A DNA stretch of 64,000 nucleotides from Bacteriovoracaceae bacterium (GCA_048270185.1 JBLWTJ010000002.1:320001-384000), one strand, 5' to 3'; numbered from the stretch's first letter, positions 9,898-19,194 are shown. Made by a program: numbers and translations. The notes: generated by a model not told the origin, from the sequence alone.

Positions 9898-10302
9898 CTA
9901 ATTCATCTCGGCAAAAGCTTGCTCAACGTTATCTGGAGAGATCGTTGCATGACCATTCTTGGCCATCCAAAATTCCTTTACCTTTGATTTAGCAATACGA
10001 ACATCCCTCTTGTACCAAGCAGCATCAAAGCCACAGTGAGGGCATGGAATTTCTTTCTTAAAAGTTAGTCTTAGAAAAGCCTCGAAACCGGCCCAGTAAA
10101 GAAAGAATGAAAAGACACCAGCAAGACCAATCCATGGGAATGTCGAAGCCGTTGTCACAAGCGTTAGCATGGCAATCTGCAGATAGTTTCGCGCCGAAAG
10201 ATGAGGATTCGTCACAACAGCACGCTGGGTACGACAGAGCGGACAGAAGAACTCAATATGTGCTTTCTTAAATTTGTAAGTTCTTACCTCTAATGGATTC
10301 AA
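9898..10302 (-). CDS. Small membrane protein with two CxxC motifs (putative Zn ribbon flanking two TM helices)
   Basis: FCPLCR and CPHCGF motifs with hydrophobic helices between them; TTG start with AGGAG upstream. Confidence 0.7.
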   Translation of the reverse strand: MNPLEVRTYKFKKAHIEFFCPLCRTQRAVVTNPHLSARNYLQIAMLTLVTTASTFPWIGLAGVFSFFLYWAGFEAFLRLTFKKEIPCPHCGFDAAWYKRDVRIAKSKVKEFWMAKNGHATISPDNVEQAFAEMN

Positions 10303-10380
10303 CTCTCTAAACTCCTATTTGCGATTGGCCGCTAAATTCTCTCTTTATTTTAACAATTAAAACGACGGGATTTAAGCAGG

Positions 10381-10565
10381 TAAAAAAGGTACCAGGCCTT
10401 GTCCTTATTCATCCATGAGAGAACAAAGCCTTGGCCTGGTAGAGATAAGCCCTTGAAATTTAAGGACTTAAGGATGGCCGAAAGGCCACGGTTAAGGTGG
10501 TTAGCCTTGCCTGCGCAAACGTGCTACTCCAGGGATCAGGCACCATATCCTTGGTACCTTATTTA
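10381..10565. ncRNA. Candidate structured ncRNA or miniature inverted-repeat element
   Basis: GC-richer than its flanks; 13/14-bp terminal inverted repeat; internal stems TACCAGGCC/GGCCTGGTA, TGGCC-GAAA-GGCCA, GGTTAA/TTAGCC and TGCCTG/CAGGCA. Confidence 0.45.
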
Positions 10566-10568
10566 TAT

Positions 10569-10583
10569 ACAAGTTCAATGCCA
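10569..10583 (-). promoter_or_regulatory. Sigma54-like -24/-12 element pointing into the structured region
   Basis: Minus strand TGGCATTGAACTTGT: GG-N10-GT, with T in place of the conserved -12 C. Confidence 0.35.
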
Positions 10584-10687
10584 GAACTGACTCACTGCAA
10601 CTAAGCGAAATTAAGAAACTGTTCATATGAATTGACGCCTAAACAACACTTTCGGTAGCATTAAGTTACCAGTAAAAATAAGGCATT

Positions 10688-13429
10688 ATGGCACACATCA
10701 AGAATTCACATTCAAGACAAGTTATTAAAAACTCGAAGGGACAAATTAGTATCTTCTTTGGTGTGACTTTAATGGCCATCTTCTCTTTTATTGCCTTCGT
10801 CGTTAATGTTGGCCTCTTTGTTAAGGCCAAGATCAATATGCAAAACTCAGTGGACTCGGCAGCTTGGTCAGGGGCCGCTGTTCAAGCAAGGCAGCTAACA
10901 AATATTGCTCACCTTAATTGGGAGATGAGAAATACTTATAAAGAGTGGATGTTTAAGTACTATGTCCTCGGTCAACTTGCTAATGAGAGTACTCATATCA
11001 CAACTGGTGATACGATGGACTTTACTCTAAAGCGTTTTGATGGCAATCCTTCTGGTGGTGCAGACTTCGCTGGCGGTGTTAGAGGCGACCATTATAATAT
11101 TCCATCAATCTGCTTACACTTTGGAGCAGGTAATAATGAAAACCTCTGCACGATCTATCAAATTCCAGGACTTCCACGTTTCCATGTAGCAGGAATACCA
11201 GATGTAAGTGAAGAATTTGAAGCAACTCTTGATGCCTTTGTTAATATTAAGGCAAAGAACTGCATGGTGCGATCAACTTATAATTTTGCAGCGGCAATGA
11301 ACTACGCCTTTGCATCTGGAACGCAATCAAATGACATTCCAATAGCCGCTGCAAACCGTACTGGCGCATGGATTGAGTCAACAGAGCTTGCACTTAGAAT
11401 GAGAAATCTCGAGATGATTTTAAATCGTCCACCAATCACTGAAGGAATTTGTGGCCAAGAAGCAGGTAGTGGCTGTCAAAGATTTGAAGAACTGGCAAAT
11501 CAAAATGCCACACTTACTCTTCCTTTAAATGAAAGACCACTAAAGGCCTATATAGCTGGACTTAAATCTCTTTCAGGTGGTAGCTTTAAAAATAAAACGG
11601 AATTTGCAAATTCATTTGTTCTCTATGAATTAGCGCCAAAACCATTCTCACCTTCACCGCAATCATTATCATCATTCTTGATTCCAACTGGAGCTACTCA
11701 CATTGATGGTCAGATCGTTTCCTCTTCAAAGAGTTATGTCGATCTAGTTCCAATGATTTTAAACTTTACAACTTTCTTTACTTCTTTTGCTCCAACAACT
11801 GAAGACTTAGCAACGACAGGTATTTCGTCTGGAGGAACATTTGCTGAAGCTTCTTGTGCTTCTACAAAGACGGCCTTCCCGGTTCCTGGTTATATTCTTG
11901 GATTCTACAAGAATCCAAAGGTTGTGACTTACTACGCAGTTAAAGGAAAGGCCCGCTACCATGGACTTTTAAATCCATTTCGAAGAGCAATTGAGATTTC
12001 AGCTTACGCTGCGGCCAAGCCTTTTGGTGGACGAATTGGGCCAGCTCTCGTTTCACCTACTTCGGGAACAGACTATGCTGAATCGAGTGGTAACTCCGCT
12101 CGCATTGCCAATGCCTCTGGATCTCGTAGTGCTAATTATATTATGGGATTCTCAACAACAGGTGATCCTCGTTCAACAACTGATCCAAGTGATGGTGTAC
12201 AAGTACAAGGTCTTCCCCTTCCGGCCACAAATGACTTCTTTCTTGATGCAACTGATACATCAGCTGTTATTGGCGGAAACTCAGGGACAGTTGATGTGAA
12301 GTTCACGATTCCAAATATGATTTATAACTTAAACTCAGAAACGACTAATGAATCGACGCTTCCGACACTTGCCTACAATAGTAATATTCTTAACAATACA
12401 GGAGAAAGGGCCGGTCTCTTCACTAAGCAACAATACTTAGACCTAAGAAAGAATATTCCAGGCTACACGGCCAATCAAGCAGGTGTTTCTTCAGATAACT
12501 TAATGAAAGCGTTTATGAACGTTAGAGCACCAACAAATTACGATCTCCTGAATTATCTAGTGCCAACTTTGCAAGAAAATCAGCCAAATAACACAGATGA
12601 TCATTTTCCAACTATCCGCTACTCTGATAATGGAACAAAGTCTGTTGGCTACTTTGCACCTCTATTTCACAGTAGTCTCCTGTACGCCGATCAGGAAGTC
12701 GTAAAAGGTGTAATTGGTGATTATATTGATACTCTAGGTGACGCTGTAATAGCTTATCGTAAAGCATTACAATTCTATGCGACAAAAGTTGCCAACACGG
12801 GAGCACAACAGAGTGGAGCCTATGCGGAATCGGCCAAGGCTATCTACGATAACGCAGTTGACTTAGATCCTAGTAATACAACAGTAAATCTAACTTCAGA
12901 TCAATGCGCAACTCAAAGTATAGCTTCACGCTTTACTTTCTTCTTAATGGGAGATTCTGGCACAGAGATTTGTAATATTCTGCCTCTAAAGAATACTTTA
13001 ACTGAATACGTTTCAACTAAGGCTTCTGACCCTAGTTCAAACCTATTTTACTACACGACATTTCTTCAAAATAGTGAAGCTGGTGGTCAAACTCCAAGTA
13101 TCGACAATAATATGACACGTACAGCATATGCACCGGGAAAAGATTATGGTGGTTCAAATGATGGTCGAGCAACGAACCCATTTAGCGGATCAACTCGAAA
13201 TCATCGTCGTAACGCCTATTCCACAAAGCTTATTGCCATTTCGACAATATCTGATACTGCTTCAGGTTATGCTAAGAATGAGTCAAATTATCTTGAATCT
13301 GTTGCTGGATTCTCACCAGAAGGTGAAACACCAATTACACCTCAAGATATCAAAGCAACAGGTGATGTCATTTCGAATCCGTTACCAACATCTCAACTTA
13401 GTGAGTTTGGAACTGACCTTTTCTTCTAA
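10688..13429 (+). CDS. Large Tad/Flp pilus TadG-like protein (pilin-like N-terminus, large extracytoplasmic region)
   Basis: KGQISIFF prepilin-like site, TM helix, then K-x-N-MQNSVDSAAWSGA typical of the TadG-like N-terminal domain; several Cys residues. Confidence 0.75.
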   Translation: MAHIKNSHSRQVIKNSKGQISIFFGVTLMAIFSFIAFVVNVGLFVKAKINMQNSVDSAAWSGAAVQARQLTNIAHLNWEMRNTYKEWMFKYYVLGQLANESTHITTGDTMDFTLKRFDGNPSGGADFAGGVRGDHYNIPSICLHFGAGNNENLCTIYQIPGLPRFHVAGIPDVSEEFEATLDAFVNIKAKNCMVRSTYNFAAAMNYAFASGTQSNDIPIAAANRTGAWIESTELALRMRNLEMILNRPPITEGICGQEAGSGCQRFEELANQNATLTLPLNERPLKAYIAGLKSLSGGSFKNKTEFANSFVLYELAPKPFSPSPQSLSSFLIPTGATHIDGQIVSSSKSYVDLVPMILNFTTFFTSFAPTTEDLATTGISSGGTFAEASCASTKTAFPVPGYILGFYKNPKVVTYYAVKGKARYHGLLNPFRRAIEISAYAAAKPFGGRIGPALVSPTSGTDYAESSGNSARIANASGSRSANYIMGFSTTGDPRSTTDPSDGVQVQGLPLPATNDFFLDATDTSAVIGGNSGTVDVKFTIPNMIYNLNSETTNESTLPTLAYNSNILNNTGERAGLFTKQQYLDLRKNIPGYTANQAGVSSDNLMKAFMNVRAPTNYDLLNYLVPTLQENQPNNTDDHFPTIRYSDNGTKSVGYFAPLFHSSLLYADQEVVKGVIGDYIDTLGDAVIAYRKALQFYATKVANTGAQQSGAYAESAKAIYDNAVDLDPSNTTVNLTSDQCATQSIASRFTFFLMGDSGTEICNILPLKNTLTEYVSTKASDPSSNLFYYTTFLQNSEAGGQTPSIDNNMTRTAYAPGKDYGGSNDGRATNPFSGSTRNHRRNAYSTKLIAISTISDTASGYAKNESNYLESVAGFSPEGETPITPQDIKATGDVISNPLPTSQLSEFGTDLFF

Positions 13430-13547
13430 TTGGGTAAACACCCTCCAGCAAGGCCCATCTGGCCATTATCAATAAAAAAGAACTTGCAGAAATTTAAACT
13501 TCTTTTATATACTAGGGGCGATTCTATAACTTAATCGTGAGGTCATC

Positions 13548-14492
13548 ATGGCAAAGAAAAAGACAGCTAAAAAAGCGGCTAAGAAAACGACTAAAAAAGT
13601 AGCTAAAAAAGCAGCAAAGAAAACGACTAAAAAAGTAGCTAAAAAAGTTACAAAGAAAGCCACTAAAAAAGTAGCAAAGAAAGCCACTAAAAAAGTTGCA
13701 AAGAAAGCAGCTAAAAAAGTAGCAAAGAAAGCCACTAAAAAAGTAGCAAAGAAAGCCACTAAAAAAGTTGCAAAGAAAGCAGCTAAAAAAGTTGCAAAGA
13801 AAGCAGCTAAAAAAGTTGCTAAGAAAGTAGCAAAGAAAGTAGCAAAGAAAGCAGCTAAAAAAGTAGCAAAGAAAGCCACTAAAAAAGTTGCAAAGAAAGC
13901 AGCTAAAAAAGTAGCAAAGAAAGCAGCTAAAAAAGTTGCAAAGAAAGCGACTAAGAAAGCAGCTAAAAAAGTAGCGAAGAAAGCGACTAAGAAAGTAGCA
14001 AAGAAAGCGACTAAGAAAGTTGCAAAGAAAGCGGCTAAGAAAGTTGCAAAGAAAGCGACTAAGAAAGATGAAAAGAAACTTTCTAAAGCTGAAGCAAAAG
14101 AGCTTGCGAGACTAGAGGCCATTGCAAAATATAAAGAGCGTAACAAAGAGGCCCTTGAGTCACAACTTGATGAAAGCCTAAAGAAATATGAAATCGAAGA
14201 TAAACTTGCACAAGCCGATGATGTAAAACTTGAGACGATTGAAGAAGCAGAAGATAGTGTTTCACTTGATGCGGAAGAAAGCTTCGCTGAGCCTGGTCCG
14301 AATCTACAAGAGGAATATAATCCAGATGATGAGCAAGATGATAAAGATGACCTAAGCTTTGGTTGGGGCTACACTGATGCATTTGACTCTCCGGAAGAAG
14401 AAATCTCTTCTGATGACCTTGACGAAGATGAGCGCTACGCTCTCGGACTAGATGGTGGAGAGACAGATGAGGATGAAGACGATTTCTACTAG
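13548..14492 (+). CDS. Histone H1/Hc2-like protein: Lys/Ala tetrapeptide repeats plus strongly acidic C-terminus
   Basis: About 170 aa of KKAA/KKVA/KKAT repeats, then a D/E-rich tail; GAGG RBS. Confidence 0.85.
   Translation: MAKKKTAKKAAKKTTKKVAKKAAKKTTKKVAKKVTKKATKKVAKKATKKVAKKAAKKVAKKATKKVAKKATKKVAKKAAKKVAKKAAKKVAKKVAKKVAKKAAKKVAKKATKKVAKKAAKKVAKKAAKKVAKKATKKAAKKVAKKATKKVAKKATKKVAKKAAKKVAKKATKKDEKKLSKAEAKELARLEAIAKYKERNKEALESQLDESLKKYEIEDKLAQADDVKLETIEEAEDSVSLDAEESFAEPGPNLQEEYNPDDEQDDKDDLSFGWGYTDAFDSPEEEISSDDLDEDERYALGLDGGETDEDEDDFY
13551..14066 (+). repeat. Degenerate 12-nt tandem repeat (e.g. AAAAAAGTAGCA / AAGAAAGCCACT) encoding KKxx units
   Basis: Directly visible 12/24-nt periodicity. 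Confidence 0.9.
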
Positions 14493-14513
14493 AGAATTTA
14501 TTTAAATAAACCC

Positions 14514-14538
14514 AAAAGCGGCTTTGGCCGCTTTTTTT
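14514..14538 (+). terminator. Intrinsic terminator after the H1-like gene
   Basis: AAAAGCGGC-TTTG-GCCGCTTTTTTT. Confidence 0.85.
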
Positions 14539-14553
14539 ATTTTTGGAAACAAT

Positions 14554-14793
14554 ATGAAACTTGAATTATTCTACTACGATAGCTGTCCATTTTGTCAGAT
14601 GGTATTACAGGCAATAAATGAACTTGGTATAGAAGTCATTTACTGTGATATTATGAATGATACGTCAGCACTAGAGAGACATGTAAAGACAACAGGAAGA
14701 AGAACTGTTCCATGTCTTTATATCGATGACAAACCTATGTTTGAATCAAGAGATATCATTAACTGGCTACAACAAAATAAAGATAAGATTTAA
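14554..14793 (+). CDS. Glutaredoxin family protein
   Basis: CPFC active site, TVPCL and FESRDII motifs. Confidence 0.9.
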   Translation: MKLELFYYDSCPFCQMVLQAINELGIEVIYCDIMNDTSALERHVKTTGRRTVPCLYIDDKPMFESRDIINWLQQNKDKI

Positions 14794-14817
14794 TTTTTAA
14801 AAGTAAGGTTAGCACCC

Positions 14818-16131
14818 ATGGAAGTTAGAGACCCGGTCCACGGATCAATTCATATATTAAAAGAAGAAGAACCAATTATTCGTGCAGATTTTTTTCAACG
14901 TCTTCGCAATATTAAACAGCTTGGTTTTTCTGAGTATATCTTCCCAGGTGCAACTCATACGAGATTAATTCACTCGATAGGTGTTATGCGTGTTGGAGAG
15001 ATGGCCTTTGATCGTCTTTTCAAAAATCAAATCATGACGAAAGAACACTTTAGAATCAAAGAGACATTCAAACTTGCTTGTCTTCTTCACGATATCGGGC
15101 ACGCTCCGCTAAGCCATTCAACTGAAGTGGTAATGCCAAAACTTAAAGATCTTAAAATTCCTAGTGAATACTTACTAGGAAGAGATCAAAACTCTGATCG
15201 CCAAGCGACTCACGAAGACTATACAATTAAAGCAATTGCCGATAGCTCTCTTGCTCATAGTTTAAAAGAAGTTGAGAAAGCTTTTGGTGTTGAAAGAAAA
15301 CATATTGCAGATTTAATTCGCGGTGAAACTAATGACCACGATTACTTTAAAATCAATGGTATTAGCTACTTCCCTCTTCTTCATCAACTAGTCTCAAGTG
15401 AACTTGATTGTGACCGCATGGACTATTTATTAAGAGATAGTTACTTCTGTGGTGTAAGTTATGGTTCGTATGATCTAGACTGGCTACTAGATAACCTTGA
15501 GCCAGCAATTATTGATGGCCAAGCAAGTCTTGGTATTTCAGAAAGAGCTGTTATCACTTTTGATGACTTTCTTCTAAGCCGCTATCACATGTTCATTATG
15601 GTTTACTTCCACTATCGTGCTGTATGCTTAGAAAAGTTACTACAAAGATATTTTAAAACTTCACCATATGAGTACTTAATCCCGGCCGATATTGAGAAGT
15701 ATATTGAGCACGATGATTACCACTTAATGAAAATTTTAAGACATTCAAATAATCCATACGCTAAGAATATTGTTAATAATCAAACACCTGAGAAAATCTT
15801 TGAATCATTTAACCCTTCTCAACTTGTCACACTTGAGAAAGTTCAACAGTATTTAGAATCACTTAATCTAGAAGTTATTCGTTCTTCATCAACTGGGCGT
15901 CTGTCGAAATATTATACTGCCGATAGACCAAACGATAAGAATCAATACACGATGAAAGTAGTAAGGAATTCAAAGATGAGTAGTCATATTGAATACTTTG
16001 ATATCAATAAGGCCACTGATCTATTCCATAAGTTCTCTAAGTCACATGCGATTAATCGTCTACACTGTGATATGGGCAAACTAAGCAAAGACAATTTAGC
16101 TGAAATTAACAAAATTATTTCTGGAAATTAA
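14818..16131 (+). CDS. HD-domain phosphohydrolase (SAMHD1/YdhJ-like dNTP triphosphohydrolase family)
   Basis: RDPVHG, QRLRNIKQLG, HTRLIHSIG, LLHDIGH and DCDRMDYLLRDS motifs. Confidence 0.9.
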   Translation: MEVRDPVHGSIHILKEEEPIIRADFFQRLRNIKQLGFSEYIFPGATHTRLIHSIGVMRVGEMAFDRLFKNQIMTKEHFRIKETFKLACLLHDIGHAPLSHSTEVVMPKLKDLKIPSEYLLGRDQNSDRQATHEDYTIKAIADSSLAHSLKEVEKAFGVERKHIADLIRGETNDHDYFKINGISYFPLLHQLVSSELDCDRMDYLLRDSYFCGVSYGSYDLDWLLDNLEPAIIDGQASLGISERAVITFDDFLLSRYHMFIMVYFHYRAVCLEKLLQRYFKTSPYEYLIPADIEKYIEHDDYHLMKILRHSNNPYAKNIVNNQTPEKIFESFNPSQLVTLEKVQQYLESLNLEVIRSSSTGRLSKYYTADRPNDKNQYTMKVVRNSKMSSHIEYFDINKATDLFHKFSKSHAINRLHCDMGKLSKDNLAEINKIISGN

Positions 16132-16181
16132 TCTTTGAAAGTTTGGACGAGGCTTCCCATCGTCGTCTATAATAAATAGAT

Positions 16182-16874
16182 ATGAATAAGTTTTCACTTT
16201 ATGTGCTATTAATATTGCTCTACCTTGGTATTTCCAAGAGTTTCTCTCCTTCAGAGAAAAAGACAATATTCATCCCTAATGCGAATGCTTTTTCAAATAT
16301 TTTCCAGGGCTCACCTATTTCTGTTATTCTTGAAAATCAATTTTCAACTGGCGCCCTGATTAAGACTTATCACCACCGCTACCAAGTGGTTCATGCTTTC
16401 AAGGCACCACAAAGAATTAACGTTAGAGTTTCAAGAGAATTCTATCAAAGAAATACTGCCAATATTGGAATGTCTCTATTTAGAAGATTTGAAAGTGAAG
16501 AAACTTCAATTGTCCCCCTTCCTCCTGGATCAATTTATATTGGTTCTCCCGCTTATGGAACTTGGAGAACTTCAAGATCAGGTGATAAAGTTTGGCGATT
16601 TCACAGAACATATAAAGGTTTTCCACAACAATTTCACTGGTTCGATTTTGTTCCAACTTATGAGTTCTATCGCCGTATGATTGTTTTCGAGAAATCAGGA
16701 AGTCCATTCTACGGACTTAATAATGAATTCGGAACAGATGGAAGTATCACTCTAAAGTATTACAAGAATGAACAAGCAGATATCAACGAGACAACGTTTA
16801 AAGATATAATCGCAAAATATACTAAGGTTCCGGCCTGGGATATTAACAAAAAGAATAAAACAAAAGAGAACTAG
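16182..16874 (+). CDS. Exported hypothetical protein
   Basis: N-terminal hydrophobic anchor; PPGSIYIGSPAYGTW...WRF segment. Confidence 0.7.
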   Translation: MNKFSLYVLLILLYLGISKSFSPSEKKTIFIPNANAFSNIFQGSPISVILENQFSTGALIKTYHHRYQVVHAFKAPQRINVRVSREFYQRNTANIGMSLFRRFESEETSIVPLPPGSIYIGSPAYGTWRTSRSGDKVWRFHRTYKGFPQQFHWFDFVPTYEFYRRMIVFEKSGSPFYGLNNEFGTDGSITLKYYKNEQADINETTFKDIIAKYTKVPAWDINKKNKTKEN

Positions 16875-16876
16875 TA

Positions 16877-17782
16877 ATGAATGAGTTATACGACAAGTTA
16901 ATTATAAGAATTATATTCGCACTACTTGTATGCTTTATTATCTATATATATAAGCAAGCTCACCTCTTTCTCTACCCTTCAATTAAACATCAAATTTTAA
17001 AGAAGTTTTCACCATCAAAAAACTCAACTGATACGATTCACTTATTTGGTCGAATTATTGGTATTGGAATTATCTACTCTAATATCGTTATCAATGTTTC
17101 TGATGGGATGTACTTTGCTCTAGGCCAACTTTTTCTTGAGTCTATCATGGTCATCATGCTCTACCTTGCTTCACTCTATATATTAGAAAGTATTGTTCTC
17201 TATAACTTTGAATATGCTGATGAGATTCTACGTCGAAAGAATTATGCCTATGCTATTATTTGCTTTTCTCACTCAATCTCTTTAGCTTATATATTAAAGA
17301 CAGTTATTAAAGTCTCAAATAGCTCACTTATTATGACTTTATTCTTATGGCTCTTTGCAATTGTTCTTATTGGCTTTTGTTCCAAAACTTTTCAGATTAT
17401 TTCAAAACTTTCCTTTAATCGTCTGCTAGTGCAAAAGAATATTGCCGTGGCCATCTCATATATGGGATTTATTCTAGGGCTTTGTATTATTATCTCATCT
17501 TCACTTGATCACTCTCTTCAAGATATCAAGTGGTACACAATTCAAGTTATCTTAAAAATCCTTCTTTCGATTATTATCATTCCAATCGTTAGAAAAGGTC
17601 TTATCTTGGCCTTCTCTATTCAAGATGATCTTCAAGTAAAGAAAGATGATCCTGAAGATAAAACCCTGAGTGTTGAACTTGGTTATGGTATTTATGAAGG
17701 CTCTATTCTCTTTACTTCATGCTTCTTAACAACGGTTATTACTGGGAATATCTATTACGGAAATTTTTACCCAATTTTCTAA
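16877..17782 (+). CDS. Multi-pass membrane protein, DUF350-like (two repeats)
   Basis: About 8 TM helices; repeated DEILRRKNYAYAI / RLLVQKNIAVAI motifs resembling DUF350. Confidence 0.65.
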   Translation: MNELYDKLIIRIIFALLVCFIIYIYKQAHLFLYPSIKHQILKKFSPSKNSTDTIHLFGRIIGIGIIYSNIVINVSDGMYFALGQLFLESIMVIMLYLASLYILESIVLYNFEYADEILRRKNYAYAIICFSHSISLAYILKTVIKVSNSSLIMTLFLWLFAIVLIGFCSKTFQIISKLSFNRLLVQKNIAVAISYMGFILGLCIIISSSLDHSLQDIKWYTIQVILKILLSIIIIPIVRKGLILAFSIQDDLQVKKDDPEDKTLSVELGYGIYEGSILFTSCFLTTVITGNIYYGNFYPIF

Positions 17783-17849
17783 GAGGCCATAATATCCTTT
17801 ACTTCAATGCTTTTTCACCGAAATAGTATTTAAGAAATAGGAGGATTTC

Positions 17850-18356
17850 GTGGATTTAAAATACTTTCAAATGCTTGAGTTCATCAATACTAGACTTACT
17901 AATATTGAACGTAATTTAGCAAAAGTTGATGAGAAGATTGATTTCTCAGTTGCACTTCAGCGAAACCACTTAATCAGAGTAAAGAATGGTGAGTTCATTG
18001 ACGACAATATGATCCTCATGGGACTTCCATATAATGACCTCTCTCCACGTAAGGCCTTTGATATTTATGAAGATAAGGATATGGATTATATTATTCTAGA
18101 TATCACACCAAAAGATTTTGAAAGACCTGTTAAGCTAGATGGTGCCATTCATATTCCTTATGAAGAACTAGATCATCGCTATGCTGAAATTCAAAATAAG
18201 ACGACACCAATTCTTGTTATTAGTGAAGATGGACTTAAATCAATTCAAGCTTGTGAAAAGCTTGTAAAGAAAGGTTTCTTTAATATCAATAATGTCTCAG
18301 GTGGCTATAAATTTTGGCCATCATCACAGGGTTCTGTTGTTTTAAAGGTTGCCTAG
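17850..18356 (+). CDS. Rhodanese-like domain protein with N-terminal coiled coil
   Basis: ILDIT, GAIHIP and NVSGGY motifs; active loop ISEDGLKS lacks Cys; GTG start after AGGAGG. Confidence 0.8.
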   Translation: MDLKYFQMLEFINTRLTNIERNLAKVDEKIDFSVALQRNHLIRVKNGEFIDDNMILMGLPYNDLSPRKAFDIYEDKDMDYIILDITPKDFERPVKLDGAIHIPYEELDHRYAEIQNKTTPILVISEDGLKSIQACEKLVKKGFFNINNVSGGYKFWPSSQGSVVLKVA

Positions 18357-18360
18357 ATTA

Positions 18361-18861
18361 TTAGAAATCCAAAGACAAGTTGAGTTGAATTCTTGACTCG
18401 AGTGTATCTCTTTCAACATTACTCAGCTTGTCGTGCATATTCTCTAAAGTTGAAAGAATTCTCTCCAACTCCACTTCTCCAATACGTCTTGAGTAATTTG
18501 TTTCGATAAGTTCTAAAACATCATAAAGAGAAAATTTAAACTTTTCACCATACTCTGTTAAATAAACTCGTTGTTCTCTCTTATCAATTTCAGATGAGCG
18601 ACGAATAATATAGCCGCGTTTTTGAAGTTCATTTAGGTGACTTGTCATTGTTTGCTTCTTAAGTCCACAAGCAGCACCAACTTCTTTAATTGTCGGTCCT
18701 TCATTTTCACACGTATAGATTAAGATCTCTAGAAAGCTTGGCCTTAAGTCAGTAAAGCCCTTCTCTTGAAGATAACTAAGAATATGATTGCTATAGATTC
18801 GATAAATCTTTTTAAGTAAACTACCAATCGCTGAAACGTTCTTCATTTCATACCTCACCAA
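18361..18861 (-). CDS. MarR family transcriptional regulator
   Basis: TMTSHLNELQKRGYI and DKREQRVYLTEYG winged-helix motifs. Confidence 0.9.
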   Translation of the reverse strand: MVRYEMKNVSAIGSLLKKIYRIYSNHILSYLQEKGFTDLRPSFLEILIYTCENEGPTIKEVGAACGLKKQTMTSHLNELQKRGYIIRRSSEIDKREQRVYLTEYGEKFKFSLYDVLELIETNYSRRIGEVELERILSTLENMHDKLSNVERDTLESRIQLNLSLDF

Positions 18862-18915
18862 TAATACAAGTATTGTAGCGAGATAAAAAAGACATAGTCA
18901 AATATTAGTACTAAT

Positions 18916-19194
18916 TTAAAATACTCTCTCGTAACGCATAATTAATTCGTAAGGTACTGATTTAACAAGAGACTGCTCCTGAGGGCCTACTTCGACCGGT
19001 GCCTGAGCATCAGAAATGGCCTGCTGATTTGGAATTTTTAGATCCTGCGTATGAACATACTCAAAATCAAGCCCCATATTCCACATATCTTCCTTAAGCT
19101 GATCAAAGAGTTCGAATTCACCATTAGCAAAAACTTGCGAAGAAGCGCTTAATAGTAGAACAAGTGTTAAAAGTTTAATCAGCTTTTTGGCCAT
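18916..19194 (-). CDS. Small secreted hypothetical protein
   Basis: Signal peptide ending VFA; GGAG RBS. Confidence 0.7.
   Translation of the reverse strand: MAKKLIKLLTLVLLLSASSQVFANGEFELFDQLKEDMWNMGLDFEYVHTQDLKIPNQQAISDAQAPVEVGPQEQSLVKSVPYELIMRYERVF

Noticed and set aside
10381..10565. c-di-GMP-I riboswitch, 6S RNA or SRP RNA identity
   Set aside because: It has a GAAA-capped stem but lacks the ordered GEMM motifs and the SRP GGAA/GCAG loop; the multibranch fold and gene context do not fit 6S. An Rfam search is needed to exclude these formally.
10399..10590. 63-aa plus-strand ORF
   Set aside because: TTG start without a clear RBS, no recognisable motif, and it coincides with a palindrome-rich element better explained as structured nucleic acid
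13505..14146. 213-aa antisense ORF rich in F/A/T/L that looks like a membrane protein
   Set aside because: Mirror image of the KKxx repeat on the opposite strand; the sense gene has the RBS, promoter and terminator
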